The position numbers and the translations under genes are program-made. A DNA stretch of 64,000 bases from a virus (lineage: Duplodnaviria > Caudoviricetes): IMG/VR virus record IMGVR_UViG_3300005656_000005, positions 13,239-77,238 of that record. One strand, 5' to 3'. The notes under the pieces are model-generated. The model worked only from the letters and a program-made list of their open reading frames with translations. It searched no databases and was not told the origin of the DNA. This document shows positions 30,601-39,709 of this stretch, piece by piece; position 1 is the first letter of the stretch; each line of letters begins with the position of its first letter.

Positions 30601-32220
30601 TTCATTTTGAGATGCTAATCTTATAAAACCTTTTGTACCTTTTGGAACTTTTAATGTGTATTTCTGATAATAAAAATTACCATTTAAAACATCAATTGTT
30701 AGCCCAAATGCTATTTCTTCTTTTGCAAGTCCAGGGATAATCCCAATTTCTTCTGTATTTGTAAAATAAGGCTCTGCCCTATACTGTGTCATTTGCGACC
30801 AATAGTTAGTTCCTTCTACATAAGCTATAAAGTTTCTTACTTTTTTATCTTTGAAATATTGCCCCATAGCAGTAGGTATAAGCCATGCTGAACCGCCTAA
30901 TGTAAAAGGTATTCCAAATCTTGCACTATCTGTTAAGTCATCGGTATCTCCTGCATTTCCTCCTTCACGATAAACAAAACCATTCATATTTCTACTTGGT
31001 TCGTAATTATGTATTATCGCATAGGCTGTTACTGTTGCATATTCGCCTACACAATTATCGGCTGCACAGTTAATTCCTATTTCAAATTTAGCTGCTTCGC
31101 TTCCATCAACGGGGCAATTACCTTTTAAGTAATTATAAAAACCTAATGCTGTATTGCCATTATTAGCCAAAGGTATAATCCCCTGTGGTTGTCTTGGCAT
31201 TGGATTAAATACTCTTGCTGTTTCAACCGGGCTTATTGGATTACACTCTTTATCGTTACAAAAAATATAATCAAATGTACAGTTTACCAAATCAATATTT
31301 AATAGGTCTGCAAGTTCTCTTTCATACCAATACTGCGAACTGCTATTGTATGGTTGGTACTTTTCAACTACTTCAACTGATTTCCAGTTTATACCATTAT
31401 CTGTGCTTACTGCAAATTCAATTTTATCAACCAATGGATTACCCAAAGGAATAGTAAATTTTATACATCTTGGATAGCCTTCACTGGCATCAAAGCATCC
31501 TTTACTATCCTGATAATAAAGTGTACTTATATCACTCCATTCGTTTGCTCTTTGATCGTAATAAATATGCCTGAACCGTACTTTAAAACCTACATCTATT
31601 AAATGATTTGTAAGGTCAACCTGGCTTGCTGCCAACGTAACCCATTCACCTTCCAATGCTCCACAGGTTTCAGGTACACACATTTGAGTATAAGCACATA
31701 AATCAGGGCAGTTATCAAAAAAGGCTGTGGCAAAACTTCCTGTAGCAATGCTTGCTTCAACATCAATCATCCCTATTTCATTTTCACCGTCTGTCCATAT
31801 CAGTTGTTTCCCATGTTGGTGAGCGCAAAACCTATCGTATTTTAAAAAGCATCTCCATTCTTCAATAGCATGTTCCGGTGCTGCACTTAATGTAAGGCAA
31901 TCACCATCATAAACAATTTGGCAAGTGCCATCACCATTTAAACGGGCAATGTAGTGTACCGCATTTGTATTGTACACCCACCAGTAAAGTTCGTTTGTAA
32001 GTTCGCTGAAATAATGTCCTATGGAATAATTATCACCTACTGGTTGGTCAATAAGACAGGCTAAATAATTTGCAACAAGTGGAGTTGTTTTTCCAAGTGT
32101 TCCTGTACCATTAATATTACGTTCCCTGTTAAGCATATAATATGCCTCTGTAGGGGTCAAATATTTTTTTGACTTGTCAAGGTTTACAGCAATAGGTTTA
32201 TTTATTTGTCTTTGCTGCAT
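27700..32220 (-). CDS. Tail nozzle/stabilisation protein (crAss muzzle or P22 gp10-like)
   Basis: 1506 aa beta-rich; N-terminal AYYMLNRERN...N, propeller-like W.DG.NEIG.ID; positioned between ring and ejection genes. Confidence 0.68.
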   Translation of the reverse strand: MQQRQINKPIAVNLDKSKKYLTPTEAYYMLNRERNINGTGTLGKTTPLVANYLACLIDQPVGDNYSIGHYFSELTNELYWWVYNTNAVHYIARLNGDGTCQIVYDGDCLTLSAAPEHAIEEWRCFLKYDRFCAHQHGKQLIWTDGENEIGMIDVEASIATGSFATAFFDNCPDLCAYTQMCVPETCGALEGEWVTLAASQVDLTNHLIDVGFKVRFRHIYYDQRANEWSDISTLYYQDSKGCFDASEGYPRCIKFTIPLGNPLVDKIEFAVSTDNGINWKSVEVVEKYQPYNSSSQYWYERELADLLNIDLVNCTFDYIFCNDKECNPISPVETARVFNPMPRQPQGIIPLANNGNTALGFYNYLKGNCPVDGSEAAKFEIGINCAADNCVGEYATVTAYAIIHNYEPSRNMNGFVYREGGNAGDTDDLTDSARFGIPFTLGGSAWLIPTAMGQYFKDKKVRNFIAYVEGTNYWSQMTQYRAEPYFTNTEEIGIIPGLAKEEIAFGLTIDVLNGNFYYQKYTLKVPKGTKGFIRLASQNEINGIPSEGQLTSTFVVGTIPDIHSYTGYLDISGIVNQRARELYFDTCSGDVELDEALIISDNYLKFQTGTHSSSAYTGYVTDANNVPVEGAELWSNGVIKAYTDHNGFFNFYNYGSNNTQTITVQVRVETNCGAGFNTVKTVVMDGRYNNMVQVNAQITNVDFPTYITDFYETVNIPVVDCDNLPVGGIRVALSGSKYQVTDAVTGIATFEVRNYSTRARSVRAVIMDVNNCFTADCADGCNPCLPSTANTLLPACFSPQHTTEILPTASLNKIPALVSGRGLKSGGRYPFGFVVQGDCGRLSAVYPATVLSGSLPTGDNYLDIPKTQDKGVLSFCSFTYSAIGMVLPDWGTCLKIVRGTNVNNYELQWVIDKIERTADRKIKLTIQSLNDYNATYNFETNTLYQYQKNDRVEFISNGDGSIFDVATFGLLNYQILSPFHDKVISGEAEAPAEFFNQILISDDGNLDDLVVGAKIELQRPRECTVEPTYFEIASLPLIDISGQKLLAIPSGTFTTFDTFIVIRQIEGSNPLESNPPQQFEHKFPSDFWGQANAEGIFTGLSDVGKVHFVNKFENERRHGRNITINSIGQFNRFGDLEKTLDAPEQGDVIAMAIYDGKIGLGIGEFDSFLFQISDEFLRVNSNGMVQAAPADALISDTQPKISGIFGCRYDSIGSINFNDGWATWIDKGKGCLVKHDFNIAKDISEGKFNLWVKKTIQYMENVNSTAVNDVSKMRWVTGMNYHTNALQLTVKALNQSGINNEQEPFINYRSTILIEPRTEELLTFASYTPEGYSNIVFNNSTGAAFVSFYLGVPYIHSIIPIEYNKFFGQAVDCVIGIAINENPDKAKNPMAMEIQDETMWFASKVTVDDTTFESEIPPVRWTKKMDKWNAEFLCDKNSRGGLYGSDPNVAGKKPRGYFCAVTLVRDNTNALIYGSTNDVKRVAFDELDLIISKSSVSEQTGFTGNL

Positions 32221-33618
32221 CTACACCATTTTATTGAAGTTAACAATCAGCACATCTCCTTCAAACCATGTATTAGGGCTACGTTCAATATTTCCTGTTG
32301 TACTATTGAATGTAAACTGACTTAGCTTTTTTGTTTCAATAGCATTGTTCACAATTATATATTCCAAATCAAATGCACCGATAAGGTCATCGTTTTGGTA
32401 TGCCGTATCTCCTGGAACTGGTAAACCTGCTGTAGATGCTGCCGGAACTTTAACAGCAATTTGAAATGGAGTTATTTTAGGTGTGACGTTACATACTGCT
32501 GCTGTACTATCACATCCTGTTACAGAAGCGTTTGTAATGGTTACTGTGTCTGTTGCAACCGGGCAATAATTATTCCATGCAGGTTCTAACCAGTTAAATT
32601 TAGGTGTCAGTCCGATAATATGAATAATATCATCAAGGCTTACCCTTGACATTACTTTTATCATGGCTCTCCTTTCAATGCCATACCTTGTCCACCTGTA
32701 TGCTTTGTCAGGGTTTGAAACATTCTTTTTGCCATCAATAGCCATTGCCTTAATATATTCAACTAAGGTTTCAAAAGCTACTTCTGGTACTGCTAATTGT
32801 CCGTTTAGTTTTGGGATAAAACCACGATATTCCAAATAAACCTGTGTCTTTCTGAAATTGTAATCAAACTGTATTTGGCCTGTTTCTTCAAATATTTTAT
32901 AGCTACCTACATTTGTATCACAAACATCACTACATGGTGCGTAATGGCAGCAATAAGCATCATAGCAACAATTTCTAATCGTTTCAATATTTTCTGCTGT
33001 GGGATTAATGCACCCACATACTGACAGGTCAATTGTTGCTATGTATTCTTTTGTTGTTGCGTAATCTAATGCACCACTTGTTAAATTCCAATAAGGTATA
33101 GTGGTTTCCAGATAATATCCACCATCGGGATAAAGTTTTTTAATGACTGTTTTTTCTGCTGTTGTGGTACTTGGAACCCCTTCTGCATCAATGGTGTTTA
33201 CCGTTACTATTTCTGTTGTTTCTGTTACGGTAAGATCATTGCATATTGTACTATCCTGTCCACAAACAGCACAGGTATCTTCACATTCAATTGTGGTTAT
33301 TGAATTATCATTTGTCAGTTTTGTATTTAATGGTATGGCTATTTTTTCGCCGTAGTCATTAATGTACCCTACAAATGTTTCAATGTCAAAATCCGGTGGT
33401 AAAGATGCAGTACGGGTATTTTGATTAACGGTTATAAGGCAATTCCTTCTACCGCTTTTTAATGTTTCACGTTGTAGTTTTTTTAATCCCCTTGCTGCCC
33501 AATGAAAATGTAATTGCTGTGTCTTACCAATATCTTCATAAAAATCTATGATGCTGGCGTTAACCACCTTTGAAAGTGGCACTAACTTTTTTAATATGTC
33601 TGGGCAATTTGGATTCAT
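32221..33618 (-). CDS. Tail ring/adaptor-like protein, Cys-rich
   Basis: 465 aa; ARGLKKL...LPPDF.....G...YLEYRG...VPE.AFE.L..YI pattern of crAss-like ring proteins. Confidence 0.55.
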   Translation of the reverse strand: MNPNCPDILKKLVPLSKVVNASIIDFYEDIGKTQQLHFHWAARGLKKLQRETLKSGRRNCLITVNQNTRTASLPPDFDIETFVGYINDYGEKIAIPLNTKLTNDNSITTIECEDTCAVCGQDSTICNDLTVTETTEIVTVNTIDAEGVPSTTTAEKTVIKKLYPDGGYYLETTIPYWNLTSGALDYATTKEYIATIDLSVCGCINPTAENIETIRNCCYDAYCCHYAPCSDVCDTNVGSYKIFEETGQIQFDYNFRKTQVYLEYRGFIPKLNGQLAVPEVAFETLVEYIKAMAIDGKKNVSNPDKAYRWTRYGIERRAMIKVMSRVSLDDIIHIIGLTPKFNWLEPAWNNYCPVATDTVTITNASVTGCDSTAAVCNVTPKITPFQIAVKVPAASTAGLPVPGDTAYQNDDLIGAFDLEYIIVNNAIETKKLSQFTFNSTTGNIERSPNTWFEGDVLIVNFNKMV

Positions 33619-34211
33619 TAATTTTGCGGATTACTGTTGTTTGTTTTATCTACAAACCCTATTTTTTGAAAATATATTTCGTCCAACCGATTTCGTACCT
33701 GTGCGCCAATGGCATCATCAACTTCAATATCTTCATCAATGTCTTTCCCACTCCCTGCGTAGATAATGGTTATTGGATTTGAGTGTGTTCCTTTCGGGAA
33801 TATTATTTTTTTACCTAAAACTACATAGGGGTAATACAGATCAGGTAGGCTATCATCATCCTTTAAAAGTTGGGTTTGATTTATGTTGCTTTTTACATAA
33901 ACACAATCATCTGTCAGCTTTCCTATTTTTCCTAACCACCTGTCATTTGGCAATCGGCTCATAATATCCAAACTGGAAATATCAACTTCGTTATCTACCA
34001 CTTTTAATGGTTCTGATTCTTTTGATAGATTTCCTGGCATATTAAAAACCCCTTCTGTCGCATTTTCTCTCCAGTACCATAACAGAAAAGCATAGGCATA
34101 TTCCAGTTTAGCGGTAGCAATAAAAGATTCACGGCTAATAGCCACTTCATCGGTGGCTAATGGAAATTGTTTTTCCCATGACAGGTTAGCTATTTCAAGT
34201 AGGTTTGCCAT
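33618..34211 (-). CDS. Tail ring/adaptor-like protein
   Basis: 197 aa in the ring-gene position; weak pattern support. Confidence 0.45.
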   Translation of the reverse strand: MANLLEIANLSWEKQFPLATDEVAISRESFIATAKLEYAYAFLLWYWRENATEGVFNMPGNLSKESEPLKVVDNEVDISSLDIMSRLPNDRWLGKIGKLTDDCVYVKSNINQTQLLKDDDSLPDLYYPYVVLGKKIIFPKGTHSNPITIIYAGSGKDIDEDIEVDDAIGAQVRNRLDEIYFQKIGFVDKTNNSNPQN

Positions 34212-34471
34212 TATTTTTTACCTGAAAATTTTATAGGGTTCGTTTGACTGAAATACTCTTTGTTAAACCATGTTTGATTTCTTCCTTTCCCCTTAGTTCC
34301 GCTTTCAGAAACTATAAAGCCGTTCTCAATTTGCCGAACACTTAAATTTTCATTCTTATCCAATTTAATGTTAGGTATTGCAGATTCGGTTGTACTCTTT
34401 GTTGTACTTTTTTTAGCTGCCGGTTTAGCAGGTGTACTTGCCATCATTTTTTTGGGTGTGTACTGTGCCAT
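34211..34471 (-). CDS. Small basic protein (86 aa)
   Basis: K/S/T-rich N-terminus, ends KFSGKK. Confidence 0.55.
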   Translation of the reverse strand: MAQYTPKKMMASTPAKPAAKKSTTKSTTESAIPNIKLDKNENLSVRQIENGFIVSESGTKGKGRNQTWFNKEYFSQTNPIKFSGKK

Positions 34472-34872
34472 TATTTTTTATTTTTTGTGTAATTAATTTT
34501 ACGTTCCCTAAGATTAAAATATTCTTGCTGCTCTATGTGCTGATAATATTTTGCTTTAATTTCAATATACTTGTAAGCACTCCAAACAATACCGCTAACT
34601 GCACTTGTTCCACAAACCACAAATGGATATAAAATTAAATTGTTCCATTGTAGTAATTCAATCCATCCTAACCCTGCTGCTGCTAAAAAAGATATTGAAC
34701 TATGTATTGAAGGTCTGCACCAAATACAGGTTATTAAAGGTTCAAAAATCTTACTGCTTTTGCTCTCTGCCCACAATCTTACTTTATGTAGCCCCATACC
34801 TTCACTTAGCAAAATTTCAATACCTATATTCCATATACTTGTAAGAACTATTATGCTTAATAATGTTATCAT
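34471..34872 (-). CDS. Small multi-pass membrane protein with CxxC (holin-like or DUF1360-like)
   Basis: 2-3 hydrophobic segments, PLITCIWCRPSIHS, basic C-terminus. Confidence 0.55.
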   Translation of the reverse strand: MITLLSIIVLTSIWNIGIEILLSEGMGLHKVRLWAESKSSKIFEPLITCIWCRPSIHSSISFLAAAGLGWIELLQWNNLILYPFVVCGTSAVSGIVWSAYKYIEIKAKYYQHIEQQEYFNLRERKINYTKNKK

Positions 34873-35591
34873 CTTTTCCCTGCTGCTTCATTCATTTGAA
34901 ATAAAGATGCCTCTGAAATATGAGTACTGAAACCCTGCACCAGATAATATAAAATTAACTCCCTTGCCCACTCTCCAAATTCGTTATCAATTGAAGTTGC
35001 GGGATCAGCTACTTCATTATAATAAACGGGGTCTTGTATTGTATTTATTGTTCCGTATATTGGATAACGTATGTATTCCAAAGTGCAACTTCCTAATTCT
35101 CTTGGTAAAAATTCAATCGTATTCCCTATCATTTTACAGATAGGTTTTTTGGGTGACGGCTTTAACCCAGAAATATATGTTTGCGCCCTAACGTAAAACT
35201 GTTGCCCATCCAACATTTCGGCTGGCGTTTTAATTATTTCTGCCACAGGACTATCTTCATCGCAGTTAGTATTATCTACTTCGCATCCAGTTTGAGATAA
35301 CGATAAAATGTAAAGATTGTCATAGTGGTAATAATCGGAAGGTCTTGTAATAACACCATTAGTAATAGGTGCTGAATAAGCAGTAATTAAGGTTGCAATA
35401 AAATCCTTTGCTTTTTGGGTAGAATAAGAAATTGGTAAATTCTGATTTGAAGCATCCCCTGTTATATAGTCAAGAACCCTGTTAGAAGCTATCCTTATAC
35501 CTTGATTGAACATTGAATAACTCCAATATCCGTTTTCGTCCTTATTCGCCAATAATCTTGCGGCATCTTCGTATAAACTTATAGAATCCAA
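34869..35591 (-). CDS. Tail ring protein / tail tubular protein A-like (crAss-like)
   Basis: ANKDENGYWSYSMFN...LEYIRYP.YG...Y....DPATSIDNEF pattern. Confidence 0.65.
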   Translation of the reverse strand: MDSISLYEDAARLLANKDENGYWSYSMFNQGIRIASNRVLDYITGDASNQNLPISYSTQKAKDFIATLITAYSAPITNGVITRPSDYYHYDNLYILSLSQTGCEVDNTNCDEDSPVAEIIKTPAEMLDGQQFYVRAQTYISGLKPSPKKPICKMIGNTIEFLPRELGSCTLEYIRYPIYGTINTIQDPVYYNEVADPATSIDNEFGEWARELILYYLVQGFSTHISEASLFQMNEAAGKR

Positions 35592-35607
35592 TGGCTTTCA
35601 TTTTTTA

Positions 35608-36879
35608 TTATGCTAAAATACTTAATACAATTGGTATGTTCTTTATTAACGCATCTGCTGCTGTACCTGTTAAATCATTTGAACGTACATAAATGCTATC
35701 GGCTGCGTTATATCCTGCTTTAATGAATGACTGTGCTGTTGGGCTTGACTGAATAAAGCTGCTTGAATTTATCTGTACAAAAGTATTCGCCTCTGTTAAT
35801 GCTGTATAAGTACCAGATAAAGTACCAATGTATAAACCCGCTGATGTTCTTGTCCATGTAATTGTAACCTGATTTAAAGAACTTTCAACTGCGGTAGGGG
35901 CATCTGTACTTGATTGATTTAATATTGCTTTATACAGGAATAAATTTGATGAATAATTACCTATTACCGGCGTTCCTTCGTTACAATTGCAGGTGCATTG
36001 GCAACCCAATAGTTTTTCCAGGTCAGCGATATAATCACTTGGATCTTCACCGCATTGTGCAGTTAATTTTGCAAGCTGGAATAACCACAAAGCATTTAAG
36101 GCTATTGAAGCGGTTTCATCTTTTTGCGCCTGTGAACAATCTGAATTTACTTTTAATTGAAGTTCTGCAAGTTTGGCCTGTACGCAACATTCATCAATGA
36201 TGCAGTAGATTATTTTTTCGCATTTTACCTTGTAGTTCACTTTAAAGTAAACGCTGTCACCGTATGAATAAAGAACACAGGCTGTACCTGTTAATTTGTA
36301 TTGCCCCTCGTATAATTGAACGCTGAATGAACCCATTACGGTTTCAAGTGGCGATAATCCGCTTGCTGTTGGGTATTCAAGTGTGAGATCATTAACCTGT
36401 GATGAAAATGCTGTTCCTTTATAATTTGGAGGATTATTTAAAAGTACTACCAACTCCCCGGTGTTACAATCTCCTTTCAATGTAGCATCTAAACAACCGT
36501 ATTTCCTTGTAGCATTATCGGGGTCTGGAGGACAAATATTTACTGTTTTTGAAATTACCCATGTGTCACCGTTTGCATCTGTAAGCCTTACTGCAATGGT
36601 ATAAGTTCCATATTGATAATTACCTGCGATAAGAGGTATGGCAAAAGAAAAAATAGAAGTCATGGGTGGATAAATATCAAACCCTGACGTTATATAATCA
36701 TTAATGACAACACCAACTGGATTTGTGATCTTTACGCTTGCACCCTGTACATTATCATATCCCGTTCCGATCCAAACGCTTGGGGTTACATCTACTAAAA
36801 AGTTGCCACCGCAAAGGTCAGCTACTATTTTTGAATCAAGCGATGTTACATTAGGACTTCCGGTTGTTGGAGTTGCCAT
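35608..36879 (-). CDS. Cys-rich virion structural protein (auxiliary capsid or tail hub candidate)
   Basis: 423 aa, beta-rich, 15 Cys including CQCTCNC; second large gene after the capsid gene. Confidence 0.5.
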   Translation of the reverse strand: MATPTTGSPNVTSLDSKIVADLCGGNFLVDVTPSVWIGTGYDNVQGASVKITNPVGVVINDYITSGFDIYPPMTSIFSFAIPLIAGNYQYGTYTIAVRLTDANGDTWVISKTVNICPPDPDNATRKYGCLDATLKGDCNTGELVVLLNNPPNYKGTAFSSQVNDLTLEYPTASGLSPLETVMGSFSVQLYEGQYKLTGTACVLYSYGDSVYFKVNYKVKCEKIIYCIIDECCVQAKLAELQLKVNSDCSQAQKDETASIALNALWLFQLAKLTAQCGEDPSDYIADLEKLLGCQCTCNCNEGTPVIGNYSSNLFLYKAILNQSSTDAPTAVESSLNQVTITWTRTSAGLYIGTLSGTYTALTEANTFVQINSSSFIQSSPTAQSFIKAGYNAADSIYVRSNDLTGTAADALIKNIPIVLSILA

Positions 36880-36898
36880 TTTGTTTTATTTTAAATGT

Positions 36899-36958
36899 AA
36901 AAAATGGGCTGCATTACTATTGTCGTTCTACTTGAATTTGCCAATAATAATGCGCCCA
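36899..36958 (-). terminator. Long hairpin with U-tail, intrinsic-terminator-like
   Basis: Arms 36942-36958 and 36905-36922 pair over 17 bp (one bulge, one G-U), 19-nt loop, followed by T6 on the minus strand. Confidence 0.6.
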
Positions 36959-36966
36959 CCTGAAAA

Positions 36967-37143
36967 CTATTTTTTCCCACTAAAACTCATGCGAACTGAC
37001 GGCTTACCAAAGGAACTCATAGTGGCTGCTCTACCTGATGGAGTATAGCTTCCTTTAGATGCTTTAGCACTTGATTTCTTTGGAGAATAAGTGTTTCCTG
37101 ATTTTTTGTTGCTGCCCATGCAGCCGGGGCCTCCCATACACAT
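36967..37143 (-). CDS. Small very basic protein (58 aa), below the ORF-track cutoff
   Basis: MCMGGPGCMGSNKKSGNTYSPKKSSAKASKGSYTPSGRAATMSSFGKPSVRMSFSGKK*; fills the intergenic gap in operon orientation. Confidence 0.65.
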   Translation of the reverse strand: MCMGGPGCMGSNKKSGNTYSPKKSSAKASKGSYTPSGRAATMSSFGKPSVRMSFSGKK

Positions 37144-37161
37144 AATTGTAAATTTTAGTGG

Positions 37162-38103
37162 TTATGAAACTAATTCTTTTTCTTTAACTTTTTTTGTTGC
37201 ATCTTTTCTTAAATCATCAAGCAGTAATTTCCCTGCCGGTGATGTTAAAAATTCAATGAAATACCTTTGTCTTTCCATCGGCGTATATTCACTTCCGATT
37301 GCTTTTAATTCAATCCAGTTTTCACCTTTTTTCTTTGCTACCTGGCCTTCAACTGCATCAAAAGACAATACTCCCCGTGAAACCAATGTGCCTACCAATA
37401 CCTGCACTTCTTCATCAATGGTTGTATCTTCTTTTAAAATATCAGTCATGGCATCATCGGATTCATCCATGTAATTCACCAATGCGTTCTGTGCTGCTTC
37501 TAAGCTGTCCGGTAATTCATAGAATGTACCGAAAATACGAATAAGCATATCCTGTGCCTGTTGCAGATTTAAGCCATCAATTTTGTTGGCGGCTTTCAGC
37601 CTGTCTTTAAACGCTTTGTTTTCACTTACCACTTCCACATTTTTATCGTACAATTTGAAACATGGTCTTGGCACTTCCAAACAGGTTCCTTCAAAACCTT
37701 CCATCCACGGGCTTACTTCCAGGTATCTTTGTACGGCAGGGTTATCGGTGGTTAATGTATTGTGCCGGAATTTCCTGGCATCATATTCCATCTGTGTAAA
37801 CTTTTCATTTGCCGGAATTTTTTCTTTTTCGATCTGTTCATCCTGATAAGGGGTATTGCTGTTCAGCTTTAACCTTATGGTTCGGTTCTGTCCTTTTTTC
37901 TCATTGGGTATTTTCTGCCCAAATGTTTTGCTTTTCGGATCGTAGTCAATAACCTTTTCTGCGTTATCCAGAAAGGTCATTTGTAGGTTTGGCTCCCATT
38001 GTGGAAGTGTGTTTAACCTTACCCTTTGGTGTTGATTTATCTGTTGATAAATTTGTGCTGTTGGATGCAGATGCTCCAATAGAACGTAAGTCTTTAATGC
38101 CAT
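37162..38103 (-). CDS. Conserved capsid-operon protein (position of crAssphage gp75)
   Basis: 313 aa immediately downstream of the major capsid gene; F..G.L....P.VQRYLE.SP...G pattern. Confidence 0.5.
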   Translation of the reverse strand: MALKTYVLLEHLHPTAQIYQQINQHQRVRLNTLPQWEPNLQMTFLDNAEKVIDYDPKSKTFGQKIPNEKKGQNRTIRLKLNSNTPYQDEQIEKEKIPANEKFTQMEYDARKFRHNTLTTDNPAVQRYLEVSPWMEGFEGTCLEVPRPCFKLYDKNVEVVSENKAFKDRLKAANKIDGLNLQQAQDMLIRIFGTFYELPDSLEAAQNALVNYMDESDDAMTDILKEDTTIDEEVQVLVGTLVSRGVLSFDAVEGQVAKKKGENWIELKAIGSEYTPMERQRYFIEFLTSPAGKLLLDDLRKDATKKVKEKELVS

Positions 38104-38174
38104 TTTGTTTTTGTTTTAAAAATTATGAACCAACTTTAAATTACGGGCTGATTCGATAACCGTTTTTATGTTTT

Positions 38175-38230
38175 TAAAAAGAGAGGGGGAAAGCCTTTTT
38201 TTCATACGCCAGCCCCCTTTTTCTCTTTTA
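38175..38230 (-). terminator. Intrinsic terminator downstream of the major capsid gene
   Basis: AAAAGAGA..AGGGGG / CCCCCTCTCTTTTT inverted repeat with T-tail on the minus strand. Confidence 0.6.
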
Positions 38231-38243
38231 TTATTTACTTATT

Positions 38244-39665
38244 TTACAGGCCCATATAACCCCAAGTGTTCGGGCAATGTACCTCCTGCAAAAATCGACT
38301 TTTTATGCTCCACTCTTGCGTTTCGCAACCAGTGCCAAATGTATTCCTTACACCAAGTACACCATTGCTATCTGTCATGTTATCCCAAACCCTTCCGTCC
38401 ATTGATTTGAAATAAACAGTGGTCAGCATTTTGTTGCTGTAGCCATTGCAGGATGTAGTGATTGAAGTACGGTTTACGGCTTCTGAATTGTTGCACATTG
38501 GAACGAAGATGGCTGAATTTTTAAATACCATGTTCGGGCCACCCAGTAACTTACCATTACTGAAAGTACATTCTTCATAGATATGAAGTGTCATACCTTC
38601 AACTTTGATACCGCAGTATTCCAGGTTAATCCATGCACAATCGTTCAATGGCCTTTCAGAATATTGCAGATTAGCAATACCTACTGAATTTGCCATGCGC
38701 TGCCATTGTGAGAATAAAACACCACCCGCAAAGATTGCGTATTCACGGCAAGCAATACCGGCTGCATCCAGATCCCTTTTCCATGCACGTATATCATCTG
38801 TTGTAATTTCAGATGTAGATGCAGGTTGGAATTTGATACCCCTTGCTTTGATGGCAGGAATGATACCGAAATTAGGATTCAATAACCTTTCGTAATGCTT
38901 ACGCATTTCAAAGTCCTTGTACATATCGGCAAGGGCTTTTGTCCACCACTTTTCGATTGTGTTACCGCAATCATCGGTGAATGGAATTTTAAGGTACTGG
39001 CATTTGTTTAAAGCATCACCGCAAAGTGTTCCTTTGTCACCAATGGTAATCATATTCAGATCATATACGATTGGTAAATCATCGAAACGGAATTGCCCGG
39101 TAGGACAGGCACAATCGGCAATTTCAGAACCGGAAAGAACCAATAACTGATCTCCGGCTGTTACTACCTGTGCTGCTCCTGATGTGTTGCGTAAACGCAC
39201 TGTAATGGTTGTGTCATACCCTGTTGCATGGGTTACGGCAGTTACTACGGCAAGTTCACCGGATGGGCTTAAAACGATTGTATTACCTACCTGTGGTAAG
39301 TAATAAACGCCACCTACAAACTGGTTTGCATTTGCAAGGGCTATGATGCCGGTTGCTGGATATGCACCAATGGTTACGTTTGTTTTTACTGTGATCTGAT
39401 GAAGCTGTGCATTGTTTTCGATCAAACTGTAAGCGGGGTAGCAATCGGTTTCAAAGTTCATAAAATCTTCTAACCAGGTACTCATGGTACATTGCTCGAT
39501 AATATTACAGTTGTATGTTTCCTTGTAAATTTTGTCGGTGTGGATGCGGCCAGCGAAGGCGGCATCAAAAAAATCTTGTGCTACTGGGGTTCCGACTGTA
39601 CCCGAAAAGTAGCCTTGCTGATAACCAAGTCCGTTAGGATTGTTGGTGGTTACGATAGCGGCCAT
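38244..39665 (-). CDS. Major capsid protein (crAss-like size, with beta insertion)
   Basis: 473 aa, follows an acidic scaffold-like gene, followed by a terminator; C-terminal EWSIKSRFLQEVHCPN strand. Confidence 0.72.
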   Translation of the reverse strand: MAAIVTTNNPNGLGYQQGYFSGTVGTPVAQDFFDAAFAGRIHTDKIYKETYNCNIIEQCTMSTWLEDFMNFETDCYPAYSLIENNAQLHQITVKTNVTIGAYPATGIIALANANQFVGGVYYLPQVGNTIVLSPSGELAVVTAVTHATGYDTTITVRLRNTSGAAQVVTAGDQLLVLSGSEIADCACPTGQFRFDDLPIVYDLNMITIGDKGTLCGDALNKCQYLKIPFTDDCGNTIEKWWTKALADMYKDFEMRKHYERLLNPNFGIIPAIKARGIKFQPASTSEITTDDIRAWKRDLDAAGIACREYAIFAGGVLFSQWQRMANSVGIANLQYSERPLNDCAWINLEYCGIKVEGMTLHIYEECTFSNGKLLGGPNMVFKNSAIFVPMCNNSEAVNRTSITTSCNGYSNKMLTTVYFKSMDGRVWDNMTDSNGVLGVRNTFGTGCETQEWSIKSRFLQEVHCPNTWGYMGL

Positions 39666-39709
39666 AATATTTTTAATTTAAAATGTTAGTAAATATTTTA
39701 AATTACTAC

